This document shows, in pieces, positions 1 to 13,049 of a stretch of 64,000 nucleotides of DNA. The DNA comes from Octopus vulgaris. Taxonomy: Eukaryota. The position numbers and the translations under genes were made by a program. Each line of letters opens with the position of its first letter. Position 1 is the stretch's first letter. The DNA lies in contig OX597832.1 of assembly GCA_951406725.2 (NCBI GenBank), positions 50,220,001 through 50,284,000 on the forward strand. The letters run 5' to 3'. The notes below the pieces were generated by a model. That model did not search any database. It was not told the DNA's origin and saw only the letters and a list, made by a program, of their open reading frames with translations.

Positions 1-167
1 TAGAGTTTCAATGTCTGAATGCCCGTCCTTGTTTGCCATCCATTACCTGTTTCCAGACAAGGTAATATCTCCCCATGGCCACACATACATGCTTTTGCAG
101 AATATGGGAATTTAATGACACTACTGTGTGACAATGGCACACAAACATGAACTCATATTACATGCTC

Positions 168-206
<39 letters not shown>

Positions 207-553
207 TACATACACACACACGATTCTGTATATTTTACTAAATGTGGATAAAATCTCATTATTAGCAACTGAACCAATATTGTTTCCATCAGTAATAATG
301 AATTTTTACCCAGCTTGCCATTTGCTGGACTAGTTCATTATATATATATATTTAAATTTAAAATAAGGGTGAGAAATTAGATATTACTTTAATTAACATC
401 GATTTCACACCATTGGTCTAGCATAAAAAAACTGAAGGTTCAGTAAAACTGTATAATATATATATTAGAGACATGAGTCTTGAGAACATTTCTTGGTGGT
501 GAGACCGTAGCAGATCTATTTCTAGCATATGGGTGTCCACATAGTGGTTTCCC

Positions 554-607
<54 letters not shown>

Positions 608-887
608 ACTTGTACTCCCTTGGTTATGAAGACAAAGGTTCCAGTTAATTGATCAGCTGAACAACCCCCTCATGAAAATAACATGCAAGTGGCTGAGCAC
701 TTCACAGACACATGTACCCTTAACGTAGTTCTCAGAGAGATTCAGCATGACAGAAAATGTGACAAGGTTGACCCTTTGAATTACAGTCACAACTCATTTT
801 TGCTATCTGGATTGACTGGAGCAACATGAAATGAAGTGTCTTGCACATGCATGTCTGTGCAGAAATATACACACACACATATAGAGA

Positions 888-918
<31 letters not shown>

Positions 919-1223
919 TTGTTAGAAATTGAACACAATTGATATAAGCATTTTCCTCTCCTCTTCAGACGCATAAAATGAAATATGTTCACACACATAA
1001 ACAGAGAGATAGGCAGTGAAAGAGAGGGAGAGAATGAGAGAAACATTAAAATGTCTCATGTCAGATAAGTCAGCATCGAATCAGTGATGCCAAATACTTA
1101 GCACTGAAACAACTGTGCCAAAGTATCTCATGTCTATCGTGCCTGTGGCCAAAATACTGAGTTTCAGTAAGCAGTGGCAGTACTATAAAATTGACATGTG
1201 TTTGTTGTTTCTATATGTTGAGT

Positions 1224-1711
1224 GGAGGCGCGTGGCTTAGTGGTTAGGGTTTCAGCATTATGATTGTAAGATTGTGGTTTCGATTCTTGGACCGGGCGAC
1301 GTGTTGTGTTCTTGAGCAAAACACTTCATTTTATGTTGCTCCAGTCCACTCAGCTGGCAAAAATGAGTAACGCTGCGATGGACTGTCATCCTGTCCTGCT
1401 GGGGAACACATACACCATTGAAACCGAGCCAGGCTTTAAAAGGGTGCATTTGTGGAGGCACGTGGCTTAGTGGTTAGGGTGTCAGCATTATGATCGTAAG
1501 ATTGTGGTTTCGATTCTTGGACCGAGTGACGCGTTGTGTTCTTGAGCAAAACACTTCATTTCACATTGCTCCAGTCCACTCATCTGGCAAAAATGAGTAA
1601 CGCTGCGATGGACTGGCGTCCTGTCCAGCTGGGGAACACATATGCCATAGAAACCGGGGAACTGGGTCCATGAGCCTGGCTAGGCTTTAAAAGGGTGCAT
1701 TTATTTTTATT
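1224..1711 (+). mobile_element. Head-to-tail dimer of tRNA-derived SINE family C
   Basis: Monomers 1224-1449 and 1454-1700 each carry A box tggcttagtgg and B box ggtttcgattc. A single TSD tatatgttga lies at 1212-1221 and 1712-1721. Confidence 0.85.
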
Positions 1712-2570
1712 TATATGTTGAACATTGCTCATTTGAATGTCAATCCATCTCATCTCCTTTTCTCACATGACACACTCAGAACTTTATCTGATATATATAG
1801 TCATCCATTTTTAAGACATCATCGTCATCATCATCGTTTAACGTCCGCTTTCCATGCTAGCATGGGTTGGATGATTTTGATTGAGGGCTGGCGAACCAGA
1901 TGGCTGCACCAGGCTCCAATCTTGATTTGGCACAGTTTCTACAGCTGGTTGCCCTTCCTAACGCCAACCACTCCGAGAGTGTAGTGGGTGCTTTTTACAT
2001 GCCACCGGCATGGGGGGGCTAGTCGGGCAGTACTGGCAACGACCTTGTTCGAATCTTTTTACACATGCCACCAGCACAGGTGCCAGTAAGGCGACGTTGG
2101 TAACGATCATGCTCGAATGGTGTCCTTTTACATGCCACCGGCACGGAAGCCAATTGGCTGCTCTGGCAACGATCACACTCGGATGGTGCTCTCGGCACCC
2201 TACTAGCACAGGCACAAGTGCCTGTAAGACACAAAGTGTGAAATTTGAATGAAAATTCCAGCTGTTATTTATTGCAGATTGTGCAACCATTTAACCTTCC
2301 CTGTTGGATCATATATATTTTATCAAGTTGCACAGCAGAATCTAAATTCTCCCAAGATATCTGGAGCTGGCTTTGGGGAAAATTCCATCATTCTCTATTC
2401 CTTCTTTATACCGCTGTATGAAGAAGGCCAGCCAAACTTTCAAGTGTACCCCCACAATAGCTTAATCTAGTTACATGACTAAGTTCTATATTAGTCATAC
2501 CAAAGGAAGTGGGGGGGTGTACAACGATTTGAATTAGTTGAAAATATATCTCTTTCTGCTGCTGCTGCTG

Positions 2571-2603
<33 letters not shown>

Positions 2604-3039
2604 AAAGTCTGAAACAAAACCACACAGAGTGGGGCTTGTGCTATTGTTAGGATGTCTTCATTGGTGGTAGAATTATTGGAAATTGTCATTGTTGTAATTT
2701 TTATCAAAATTCCAATTACCATGATATAGATTTGACTTCCTCCTTCCCTCCACCCCCGTTCCCCACCATCAGATTCTATCTTCACGTTTATTCACCCCCT
2801 CCCCCACTCAACCGCCACCACCACCCCCTTTCCTTTCAGACGTTTATTAGTATGGTGTGTGTGTATCTATGGAGACAAGTTCCTTCATTAAAAGAATTTT
2901 TCTGAAAATGAACATTCCACCACCACCGCTGTCGCTGCCACCGACCGCTACCACAAAACCACAATAACCATAACAATTTCACCACTGTATAGGTTTTTAA
3001 CTTAGATTACATTCTCTAATTTCTTTACAATAGTAGTTC

Positions 3040-4314
3040 TAACAACAACAATTATAAAAGTGGTGACGATAATAATAATAAAAATAATAATAATAATAGT
3101 AATAATAATAACAATGATTATAATAATAGTAATAATAATAATAATAGTAATGATGATGATAATAATAGTAATGATGATGATAAAAATAATGATAATAATA
3201 ATAATAATAATAATAACAATAATAGTAATAATAATAACGATGATGATGATAATAGCAATGATGATGATGATGATGATAATAATAGTAATGATGATGATAA
3301 TAAAAATGATGATGATAATAATAATAATAATAATAATAGTAATGATGATGATAAAAATAATAATAATAATAATAATAACAATAATAGTAATAATAATAAT
3401 GATGATGATGATAATAATAGCAATGATGATGATGATGATGATGATAATAATAATAATAATAATAAAGATGGTGATGATGATAAATTAAACAAAACAAATG
3501 CTGAAAATGAAATATTTGTTCTGTGAAAATAACATTTGCGTTTTCTATCTTGGAACAAATAATTTGTTGTTGTTGCTGCTGCTGCTGCTGCTGTTGTTGT
3601 TGTTATATCACCAGCATTGTCCACCATTAACCAACATCACTACAACAACAATGACAACAACACCAACAAACACCACAGCTTTTACTGCAATTATCAGCTC
3701 ACTATGACTAATGTTTTTATCATCAACAACATCAAAATGGTTTGACTATTGCCATTTATCAGAACAGGATTGGCACCATCGTTCGTTATCATCATCGCAG
3801 CCATCATCGTTATCATTGTAACGGTAATTATCATCATCATCGTTTTGATGACTGTTGTTGGTTTAATGATACTCTCTGAAATGCTAACTGAGCGTTTTAG
3901 AGAGAGTATCAGAGTACAGTTGTCGTCATCATCACCATCATCATCATCATCATCATCATCATCACCATCGTGTTATTAGTAGTACCAGCTCAATGATGCT
4001 TTCTGAAATGCTGACTGAGCATTCTAGAGAGTATCGTTGTCATCATCTTGTCATCATCATTGTTGTTGTTGTTGCTGTCATCATCAGTATGTCATCATGT
4101 CACTATCATCTCCAAAATAGGTTTTGGAAATTACCACAACTTACACTTGCAATATCATCATCACCATCACCATCATCTTCCTTATTATCATCTTCATTGA
4201 CATCAACTTCATCGACATCACCATCAGCATCACCACCAGCATCATCATCATCACCATCACCATCATCTTCCTTATCATCTTCATTGACATCAACTTCATC
4301 ACCATCATCATCAC

Positions 4315-4350
<36 letters not shown>

Positions 4351-6050
4351 TATATTCATCATTGTTGACATCAGCTTCATCATCGTCGTCATCCTCCTCC
4401 TCCTTATCATCATCACCATCATCATCTTCCTTATCATCTTCATTGACATCAACTTCATCACCATCATCATCATCATCATCATCATCCTTATATTCATCAT
4501 TGTTGACATCAGCTTCATCATCGTCGTCATCCTCCTCCTCCTTATCATCATCACCATCATCATCTTCCTTATCATCTTCGTTGACATCAGCTTTATCATC
4601 ATTGTCGTTCTCCTCCTCCTCCTCCTTCATCATCATCGTCATCTTCCTTGTATTCATCTTTGTTGATATCAGCTTCACCATCGTTGTCATTGTCGTCCTC
4701 CTCTTTATCATTATCATCAGCTTTGCCATCCTCTTCCTCCTCCTCTTCATCGTCGTCATGCTCATCCTCATCATCATCAATACCAGCCTCCTCCTCATCA
4801 TCATCATCTTCCTTATATTCATCTTTGTTGACATCAGCTTCATCATTGTCGTCGTCATCCTCCTCCTCCTTATCATCATCACCATCATCATCTTCATTGA
4901 CATCAGCTTTATCATCGTTGTCATTGTCATTCCCTTCCTCTTTATCATCATCCTTTTCCTCCTCCTCCTCCTCCTCATCATGCTCATCTTCATCCTCATC
5001 AATACCATCATCATTGTCGCCATCGTTGTCATCATCATCATCACTGACTAAGTCATGCTCATCAGCAATGCCATCATCATCATCATCATATTCATCAATG
5101 TCGTTATCATTGCCATCATCATCATCATCAAAACCACCAGGATTTTTTCCCATTACAGTTGTTATTTGGCATTTTATTACACTTTGCATTGTTAATCAAC
5201 ACAGTGCTGCCACCGTTTATACCACCCTCATCTTCCTCCTCCTCCACCTCCTCCTCCTCACCATCATCATCTTCAGCATCGTCTTTATAATAAAAATTAC
5301 CATCAGCAACACTACTGCCTTCATCATAATAGTGATGACGATGATGATGATGATGATGATCATCATCATCATCATCTTTATAGTCATTTCTATCAGCAGC
5401 AGTAGTCATCAATAATAGTGATCATCATCATCAGCAGCAGCAGCAGCATTACCATCATCATAATATTTTTACCACCACCTCCACCACTATCATCAACACC
5501 ACTGCCATCATCAAACTTCCTATAACAATATTTCACCAACAGCTACAACCACCATCGCCACCACAACCACCTTCTACCTTTTCTTTTCCTTTTTTTTCTT
5601 ACTTTTTTTTTTGCTATTAAATAAATATTTGATTGTTCCAGTTGATAAACTATGTCAATCTGTCAATAGGGAATTGATATTGAAGTTTAATGGTGGCGAT
5701 GGTGGTGGTGGTGGTTGTGGCAGAGACGTTGTTAGTAATGGTGGCGATGCGGCGGGGAGACAGTGGATTGATAGTGAATGATAGAGCTAGAGGTAGTGAT
5801 TGAAGGGGTGCAATGGTGGTAAATGTGGTCATGGTTGGGCTAGAACAGTAGTGGTAGTAGCAGTGATAGTGGTGGTGGTGGTGGTGGTGGTGGTAGTAGT
5901 AGTTGTGGTTGTAGTGGTAGTGATGGTTGTAGTAGTGGTGGTTTTGGTGGTAGTGGTTGTAGTTTTCTTGTTGGTGGTAGTAGTAGTATTAGTAGTAGTA
6001 ATGGTGGTGGTGTTGGTGGTAGTGTAAATGTTAGGGTATGATGTGGTAGG
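3040..6050. repeat. ~3-kb compound trinucleotide low-complexity block: (AAT/GAT)n, (CAT/TCC)n with higher-order duplications at 4150-5050, and (GGT/AGT)n
   Basis: Directly visible. It generates the poly-S, poly-I, poly-M and poly-D/E ORFs in the track. Confidence 0.95.
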
Positions 6051-6787
6051 GGTAGCACAGGTGATGGTGGTTGAATGCAGTAGTCTTTTTTTTTTTTTTG
6101 TTTTTTTTAAAGAGTTATTGTTGCTTAATCCTGATCCTGCTGATTTATCATGATCAAAGACATCCCAACTGTGACCATCCTGTCTTTATCCTATGCTGCA
6201 GGGAATCCTTGACTACATTGTCTGTTTTTTTTTTGTTTGTTTGTTTTAAGGTGATGGGATGGAGTTTGCAAGAGACTTAGCTGCTATTTCTAGCACCATT
6301 TCAAGTCACTATGTCGAAGGCTCAATCTTAGTCTCCAGTTGTGAGAAGACTTATTAAGGGTGCGGAATGGGGGTGATTTGAGGGGAGATTTAGCTGTTGC
6401 TTCTAGCTGCCGCCAATCAAGCCACTATGTACAAGTCTTTGCCTCAGGGAGAAGTTTGTTGGTGTGTGTGTGGGTGGGGTGAGAATGGTAGTGTTGTTTA
6501 ACCCCAAGTTAGTTCTTATTCAGCTCACCTCTGCTCAGAGGTATTCCAGCCGTGCCCATCCCGTTTTATTTGCATGTGTGTATGTATGTGCATCTGAGAC
6601 TAATGTTTCCAATGCAGCCTTCCTTTTTACAAGTCATTAGAATGTGATTTAGAAGTGATTTGACGGATATTTCTAACAGGTTGAGTTACTGCATAGAGAT
6701 TCCCCCAGTGGGTTGGTGGTGGTGCTGCTGTTGTTGTTGTCCTTCCTGGTGGTGGTGGTAATAAATATATATATATATATATATGTT

Positions 6788-7170
6788 CCGGTGGCACGTA
6801 AGCAAACCATCCGAACGTGGCCGTAGCCAGCACCACATCGACTGGCCTCCGTGCTGGTGGCATGTAACAAACACCATCCATCCGATCGTGGCCGTTGCCA
6901 GCCTTACCTGGCCTCCGTGCCGGTGGCACATAAAAAGCACCATCCGAGCGTGGCCGTTCGCCAGCCTCGTCGAGCACCTGTGTCGGTGGCACATAAAAAG
7001 CACCCACTACACTCACGGAGTGGTTGGTGTTAGGAAGGGCATCCAGCTGTAGAAACTCTGCCAGATCAGACTGGAGCCTGGTGCAGCCTTCTGGGTTCCC
7101 AGAACCCCGGTCGAACCGTCCAACCCATGCTAGCATGGAAAGCGGATGCTAAACGATGATGATGATGATG
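6788..7170 (+). mobile_element. SINE-like family D (aggaagggcatcc core, (GAT)n tail, variable 5' tandem units); other copies ~1818-2222-, 16020-16190-, 22138-22600-, 25165-25400-, 42295-42482+, 48225-48438+, 56775-56972+, 62305-62570+, 63260-63652+
   Basis: Shared ggttggcgttaggaagggcatccagctgtagaaac...ccaacccatgctagcatggaaagcggacgttaaacgatgatgat sequence across copies. Confidence 0.8.
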
Positions 7171-9020
7171 ATATTTTAGTGTTTCACTGTAGTCTCTAGT
7201 TACTGGTTTATAGTAGTTTATAGTGTTGTTAGTAGTATGGAAATTTTAGTGGTGCGTGTGGTAGTAGTAGTAGTAGTAGTTCTTGTTGTTGTAATAGTTT
7301 AATGATAGAATTGGTGGTAGTAATAGTAGTAGTGGTGGTGGTGGTGGCGGCGGCGGCGATGGTGGTGATAGTATTTTGGTATAAAAATAGGTTGCCTCTA
7401 ATGGGAATTATCAAATAGCTACTAATTATATTGAATACTCTTTCTTTCATTCTCTCTCTCTCTCATTCATTTACTTCATCTCCGTTTCCCCCTCCCCCCT
7501 CCCCGTCATATCTTTCACTACCTCATGTTTTCTCTCTCTTTCTTTGTCTCTCTCTCACCTCCCCCTCTCTTTCTCTCTTCCTTTCTTGCAGACCTTTTTC
7601 GCCAGACTCTCACCTTTGCTTGCAGGCATTTTTCATCATTTGTCTCCAGGCAGGGCACTTGATTCCAAGTTGCTTCACTTTTGGAGGAAAAGGAAGATGA
7701 GCTCTTGGATGGGAGTGATGGTGGTGGTGATGAGGATGATGGTGATGGTTGTGGTGATGAGGATGATGGTGATGGTTGTGGTGATGATGGTGGTGGTGTT
7801 GCTGCTGCTGCTGCTGTTGTTGTTGTAGTTGGTGGTGGTGGTGGTGATGGTGGTGGTGGTGATGGTGGGGAAGCTGACCAGATCTTCTGGGGTGGGGGGC
7901 GGGTGGGGTGGGGTGGGGGGAACTGGTTACACGTGATAGATTAGCATCCTATCCAAGAGGGAGATTAATTTCTCAACTGTTTAACTTGCCATGAAACTCT
8001 TAGCAACTTCCCCCCCCCCCACTCACCCCCCACTCACCCCCACCCATTCCCTGTATCTCCACACTGACAATGGTTGGCTGGCTGCCTGGCTGGCTGGCTG
8101 GCTATTCTGCAGACCTAATCACCTATTCTATGATGATGAGCCCTCTGGGAGGCTTTTGATATAACATTTTGTTATCAAACTACACAATACAAAACATAAC
8201 AATTGACGCTGGCGATGTGGTGCCCCAGCATGGCCACAGCCCAGCGGGGGAGAGAACAAGCAAAAGAATAAATAGCAATAACAACCCCAGCTTTGCAATC
8301 GTACAGTATAAAAAGCATCGCAATTTCATTCAGTTCATTTATCATATCTACATACATCAATGAAGTTAATTTGATTCAGTAAGACTTTTTCACCCATCCC
8401 ACCGCCCGAGCGAAGAATGAAAACCAATCAACTTCATTAAAAGCTACATACTGCCCAGGGACCATTTATTTTTGTTTGAGACAATCTGATTTGTGCGTAT
8501 GTATGTGTGTGTGTGTGTGTGTGTTCTTTCAGTTTCTAAAGATTTTTCCATTAAAAATTGCTGATGGTATGTGTTTGTGTGTGTGTGTGTGTGTGTGTGA
8601 GTTTTTAGTCTATCTGAATCTCATATTCTGTGTGTATGTGAGCATAGAAATAACACTCTCAGACACACACACATACACATCTAGTTTTTGGCAGTCCAGT
8701 GTCTACATTGTCTAAAATTGGAACAAGGTAAGCTAGCCGTTCAATAAACAGAAATCAATCGAATAAGTAAATTGAATGAAATAAATACAATGATTGATGT
8801 GATTGGCCAGTAAATAAATAAATTAATTAAAATTTTAAAAAATAGATTGGTGTGGCTGTGTGGTAAGATGCTTGCTTTCCAATCACATAGTTCCATGTTC
8901 AGTTCCACTGCATGACACCTTGGACAAGTGTCTTCTGCTATAGCTTTGGGCTGACCAAAGCCTTGTGAGTGGATTTTGTTGACAGAAACTGAAAGAAGCC
9001 TGTCGTAGCCACTACACACA

Positions 9021-9183
9021 TATTTTTTCTCTCCTTGTTTCTTCCTGTGTTCCTTTCTGTGGAAGAGCGTAGGCTCGAAACATTAAAGACTTTTTTTCAA
9101 TTCCCGAGCGTTATACTAATACATCTGTTTGTTTTCTACACCACCCATCTTCGTCTTTTGGTTTTTTTTTGTGAATTCTCCCT
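9021..9183 (+). mobile_element. Short hammerhead-like element inserted in the internal microsatellite of a SINE
   Basis: 9053-9088 reads cttt-CTGTGGA-a-gagc-gtag-gctc-GAAA-catt-aaag (core degenerate). It interrupts the SINE at 8848-9380. Confidence 0.55.
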
Positions 9184-10730
9184 ATATATATCTGTGTGTG
9201 TGTGTGTATCTATGTATATGTCTTTGTGTCTGTTCGTCCCCCTCATCACCACTTGACAACTGGTGTTGGTGTGTTTATGTCCCCATGACTTAGCAGTTTG
9301 ACAAAATAGACAGAATAAGTGTCAGGCTTTAAAAACTTCAAGGTGGTGGTCCAGCATGACCGTAGTCAAATGACTGAAACAGGTAAAGGAATAAACCTCA
9401 CGAAGGCAGTATTCCAGCATGGCCACAGTCCAGCCACTGAAACCAGTGACAGGAATACAGAGGTGATTAGCATGATCTTTAAAAGCAGTGCTACAGTATG
9501 GTCTTACCTATAATAGCTAGAACGGTAAACAAAAGTCAGTCACCTTCACACTCAGTGTTGTTTTAATTGACCCTACTCCTTAACCCTTTAGCATTTAAAC
9601 CATCCAAATCTGGCCCTAATATTCTTCCTATTCTGTTTTCAAACTGGCCAGATCCAGCATCTCACATCTCCCCAACATTTGTCATTCTGAAAATAAACAG
9701 TCACATCATTGAAAACTGAAAGCTACAAGCTTTCATCATCAATGAGGATGGGATTGAACCTAGAAAGTAATGCTTCAAGGCTCAAGTCTGAACAAGGCTG
9801 TTTATGGAAGACCACCATTTGCCCATACATACCAGCCTTCCTTCTCCATGCTACTGATCTTGTCCAAGGGAAAGGCAAAGGTCAATACAGCTTGGCACCA
9901 GTGACATTGTAACTCATTTCTAGAGCTGAGTGTAACTTGAGCAACATGAAATAAAGTGTCTTGCTTGAGGACACAACACACAGCCCGATCTGGGAATCGA
10001 ACTCACTACCTCATGATTGTGAACCTGATGCTCTAACCACTGAGCCAAGACTTCAGTAACCGAAGTTAAACACCCAAAACATCATGGAGCTCCTGTGGCT
10101 CCTGAAAGGAAAACATTTATTGAATATCTCTCCTTTCTTCAACAAAATATCGACTTTTACCTAGTTATTAGAAATCAATAATTTTTTCTATTGTTTTGTT
10201 TTCATTTTTCAAAACAAATTATTGTATTCCATTAACATGATTTGATAAATCTTAAAAATTTGTTTTTCCATAGCTTCAAATTCCTCCCCTCCAAAATAGA
10301 TGATTAATTGATTGATTGTTTTTGTGGGGTTTCTTTTTTTAATTTAATTTTTTTTTTTTGTTAACTTTGAGGAATTTCTTTATCTTTCCAATATGTAACT
10401 GAGAAATTACTTTTTGACAATATAATTACAATATAAAAGAGGGAAAAAATAAGGAGTAAAAAAAAAACAAACATAAATTAAATTACAAAAGTATATTTAT
10501 TTTCTCATCTTTTTGTCAAGTTTAGCAAAAATTTTACTATCTCAATGTTCTGCAAAAATTAAAATAAAAAAACAAAAATATAAATTACAAAACTCATTAT
10601 CACCCACTCCCACTCCTACAAATTTCAAATTTCAATTCCCTTAGCACATTTAAAAAAAAATATCCTGTTTTTCTCTTTTTTGAAATGGCAGCAACATAAT
10701 TTTTTAACATCACTTGCCTTTTTATTTTTA

Positions 10731-10767
<37 letters not shown>

Positions 10768-10996
10768 GGCGAGCTGGCAGACACGTTAGTGCGCCAGGCG
10801 AAATGCTTTGCGGTATTTCGTCTGTCGTTACGTTCTGAGTTCAAATTCCGCTGAGGTTGACTTTGCCTTTCATCCTTTTGGGCTCGATTAAATAAGTACC
10901 AGTAAAATCACTGGGGTTGATATAATCAACTTAATCCCCTTGTCTGTCCTTGTTTGTCCCCTCTATGTTTAGCCCCCTGTGGGCAATAAAGAAATA
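10768..10996 (+). mobile_element. tRNA-derived SINE family A (Meta/MESC-like central domain); other copies ~11659-11815+, 19135-19357-, 21890-22080+, 23185-23373+, 25505-25738-, 53000-53530+, 55305-55430-
   Basis: Head ggcgagctggcaga..gagttcaaattc, core gcctttcatcctttcggggtcgat..aagtaccag and tail ataaagaaata. The domain name is recalled from memory. Confidence 0.8.
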
Positions 10997-11055
10997 AATT
11001 ATTATCATCATCATCATCATCATCATCATTATTATTATTATTATTATTATTATTG

Positions 11056-11608
11056 AGTGAGAGAGCAGTTCATGCCATCAAAGTGACACTGGGGTAAAAT
11101 ATACGAAGCCCAATATACCCATCATGACTACCCGTCTGATAAAGGTACACCAGGCACATGCATCACAACCATATGTGCGCGACATGGTGATCTCATATCA
11201 AGATAAACAGCACATGACCTTGCAGGTGGGGCCCAGTTAGAATTTTCTTCATTTTGAGTAGCCCATCCTGCTCAAACGGTCCCTGAATAAGGGTTGTTTA
11301 AGGATGTTGAAAGAACCACCCATGTTTCCAGAGGTGAACTATTCAAACCCCAAAGAATCCCTCTCAACACATGGCTATGATGCTCCCCCACTACTTCTGC
11401 TCGTGATCAGAGATGCACATATCGTCAGCCACTAAGGGACATGCTCAACTGGTTAAGGTCAAACAACTGACAAGCAAATCTGTGGTATTGAGCAGAATAT
11501 TTGCTGTAGCCCATCTTTTATACCAAGACAAAACAATGTACATGATAACACTTCCAATCAGTTAAGATCAGAAGCCATGAGAGCCACTGCCTGGTACTGC
11601 ATCAGGGC

Positions 11609-11610
<2 letters not shown>
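11056..11610 (-). mobile_element. Non-coding (AAT)n-targeted retroposon, longest copy; other copies 17645-18138 (+) and 55458-55730 (+)
   Basis: A ~555-bp element embedded in (TTA)n on both sides. The 55458 copy is 5'-truncated, shares the 3' end and is also in (AAT)n. Confidence 0.75.
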
Positions 11611-11654
<44 letters not shown>

Positions 11655-12095
11655 TTCCTGGCAGAACTGTTAGCATGCTGGGCAAAATGTTTAGTGGCAT
11701 TTTATTTTGTCTTTACATTCTGAGTTCAAATCCTGCTGACACCGCCTTTGCTTTTATCCTTTTGGGGTTAATGAAATGAGTATCAAATGAGCATTGAGGT
11801 TGATGTAATCAACTTCCCTACACATCAAAATAATCATTAAAAAATTTTTTTTTTTTTTACTGCTTGCTTATTATAAAGTTCTTAAAATTTCTGGTCAGTG
11901 GAAATCATGCATCACACTATTTCATCCTTTTTAAAAGCCATCAGCATGACATAACCTAGTGAAACGTTTCTTACAAATGGAAAAGAATTACTGTCTGAAA
12001 GAAATTCATGGAATGTATATTTTTCTTCCTTTTTTTTTTATTCTCTTTTTCCTCATAGGGTGTTATATCTAATTATCCTTCTATTTCTCTTGTAG

Positions 12096-12223
12096 GCATC
12101 ACAGCAGAATTGTCTTATGTCCGTAATGGTATCATCAACCATCATGCCCTCTCATTCAATCTACCAGTTGCCACAGAAATCAATGAGATTCACTTCACAT
12201 GGCAAAGCACAAAAAGAGATTCG
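12096..12223 (+). CDS. RYK: RYK/Derailed receptor tyrosine kinase, internal exon encoding the N-terminal part of the WIF domain
   Basis: Pyrimidine tract plus acceptor ttctcttgtAG ends at 12095, and donor GTGAGT starts at 12224. The exon is 128 nt, phase 1 to 0. It translates as (G)ITAELSYVRNGIINHHALSFNLPVATEINEIHFTWQSTKRDS, closely resembling the RYK WIF segment GLDAELYYVRNDLISHYALSFSLLVPSETNFLHFTW (human sequence recalled from memory). Confidence 0.92.
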
Positions 12224-12694
12224 GTGAGTCCAACTTATTCCAAACCCTTTCAAAAAAATGTATCTTGGCAAAATGGCCAAACAGAGTGGCCCATCAAAGT
12301 AGATACTTCACTGTAGTTTGGCTTTGATAGTTGATATTTGTATATTTTGAATTCACGTCTTATTAAAGAATATAATGAAAACTGAGATCAAATATTTGTG
12401 CAAATGAGAGTGCAGCTCTATATAGGCCCCCAAGGGTGTTTTTTTTTTTTTTTTTTTGTAGACAGAAGATCTGGTGTGATTTGAGAAGATTTCACTGCTA
12501 TAAATTTGGATGGTTGCATCTCTTGTTGCAGATTTCCAGCCTCCTAGGCTAGAGAGAGAAAGAGAGATATGATGTTTAAGATTTGATATTCAATAATACA
12601 TTGTTCATTGCTTACTTTTTCGTTTTACATTCATTTTTTTTTTCCATGCTGGCAAGACAGTGTTTTACAACTGGATGTCCTTTCTGTTGCTTAA

Positions 12695-12915
12695 CCCTTT
12701 AGTGATCGCATTATTCTGCCAAAATTAATGCTTCTTCATCTACATTGTTTTGAATTAATCATGCATTATCTTGTAGCTATGAGATTTTGATGAGGTAGCT
12801 GTTAATTTTTTAAACAATATTGTAGGGTTCGTGTGGGAGACCAGATAGGGCTAGTTTGAACATAAAACAGGTAGAATATTTTTGGCTGGATATGGCCGGT
12901 TTAAATGCTAAAGGG
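12695..12915. mobile_element. piggyBac-like MITE (~220 bp); partial copies near 9580-9730, 27540-27713 and 48510-48690
   Basis: ttaa-CCCTTTAG...CTAAAGGG-tta termini and an interior shared among copies. Confidence 0.7.
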
Positions 12916-13049
12916 TTACCACCTACTTCTCAAGAAAGGGCTCTGTTATTCTACATGTCTTTGAAGGCACAAAACCAGTGGGCAAACTGTTGGCAGAGGG
13001 AATGGCAATAATGTCATACACACACATACACAAACATATATTGGCAGCA

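Noticed and set aside
462-562. Short (TA)n-flanked insert with tattagag/ctctaata ends and a - strand gaaaccac-tat-gtgg stem as another hammerhead
   Set aside because: No CUGANGA half of the core is visible, so the evidence is too weak.
1224-1300. tRNA-like A/B boxes (also 10768, 35828, 51197) as tRNA genes
   Set aside because: They continue into multi-copy SINE bodies with tails and TSDs, so they are SINE heads rather than tRNA genes.
5341-5385. - strand translation DYKDDDDDDHHHHHH resembling FLAG plus His6 tags
   Set aside because: It arises from adjacent (CAT)n/(GAT)n microsatellites. There is no terminal K of FLAG and no vector context, so it is a coincidence.
12110-12316. ORF-track 68-aa ORF as a standalone gene
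   Set aside because: It is the RYK exon read through its donor site into the intron.
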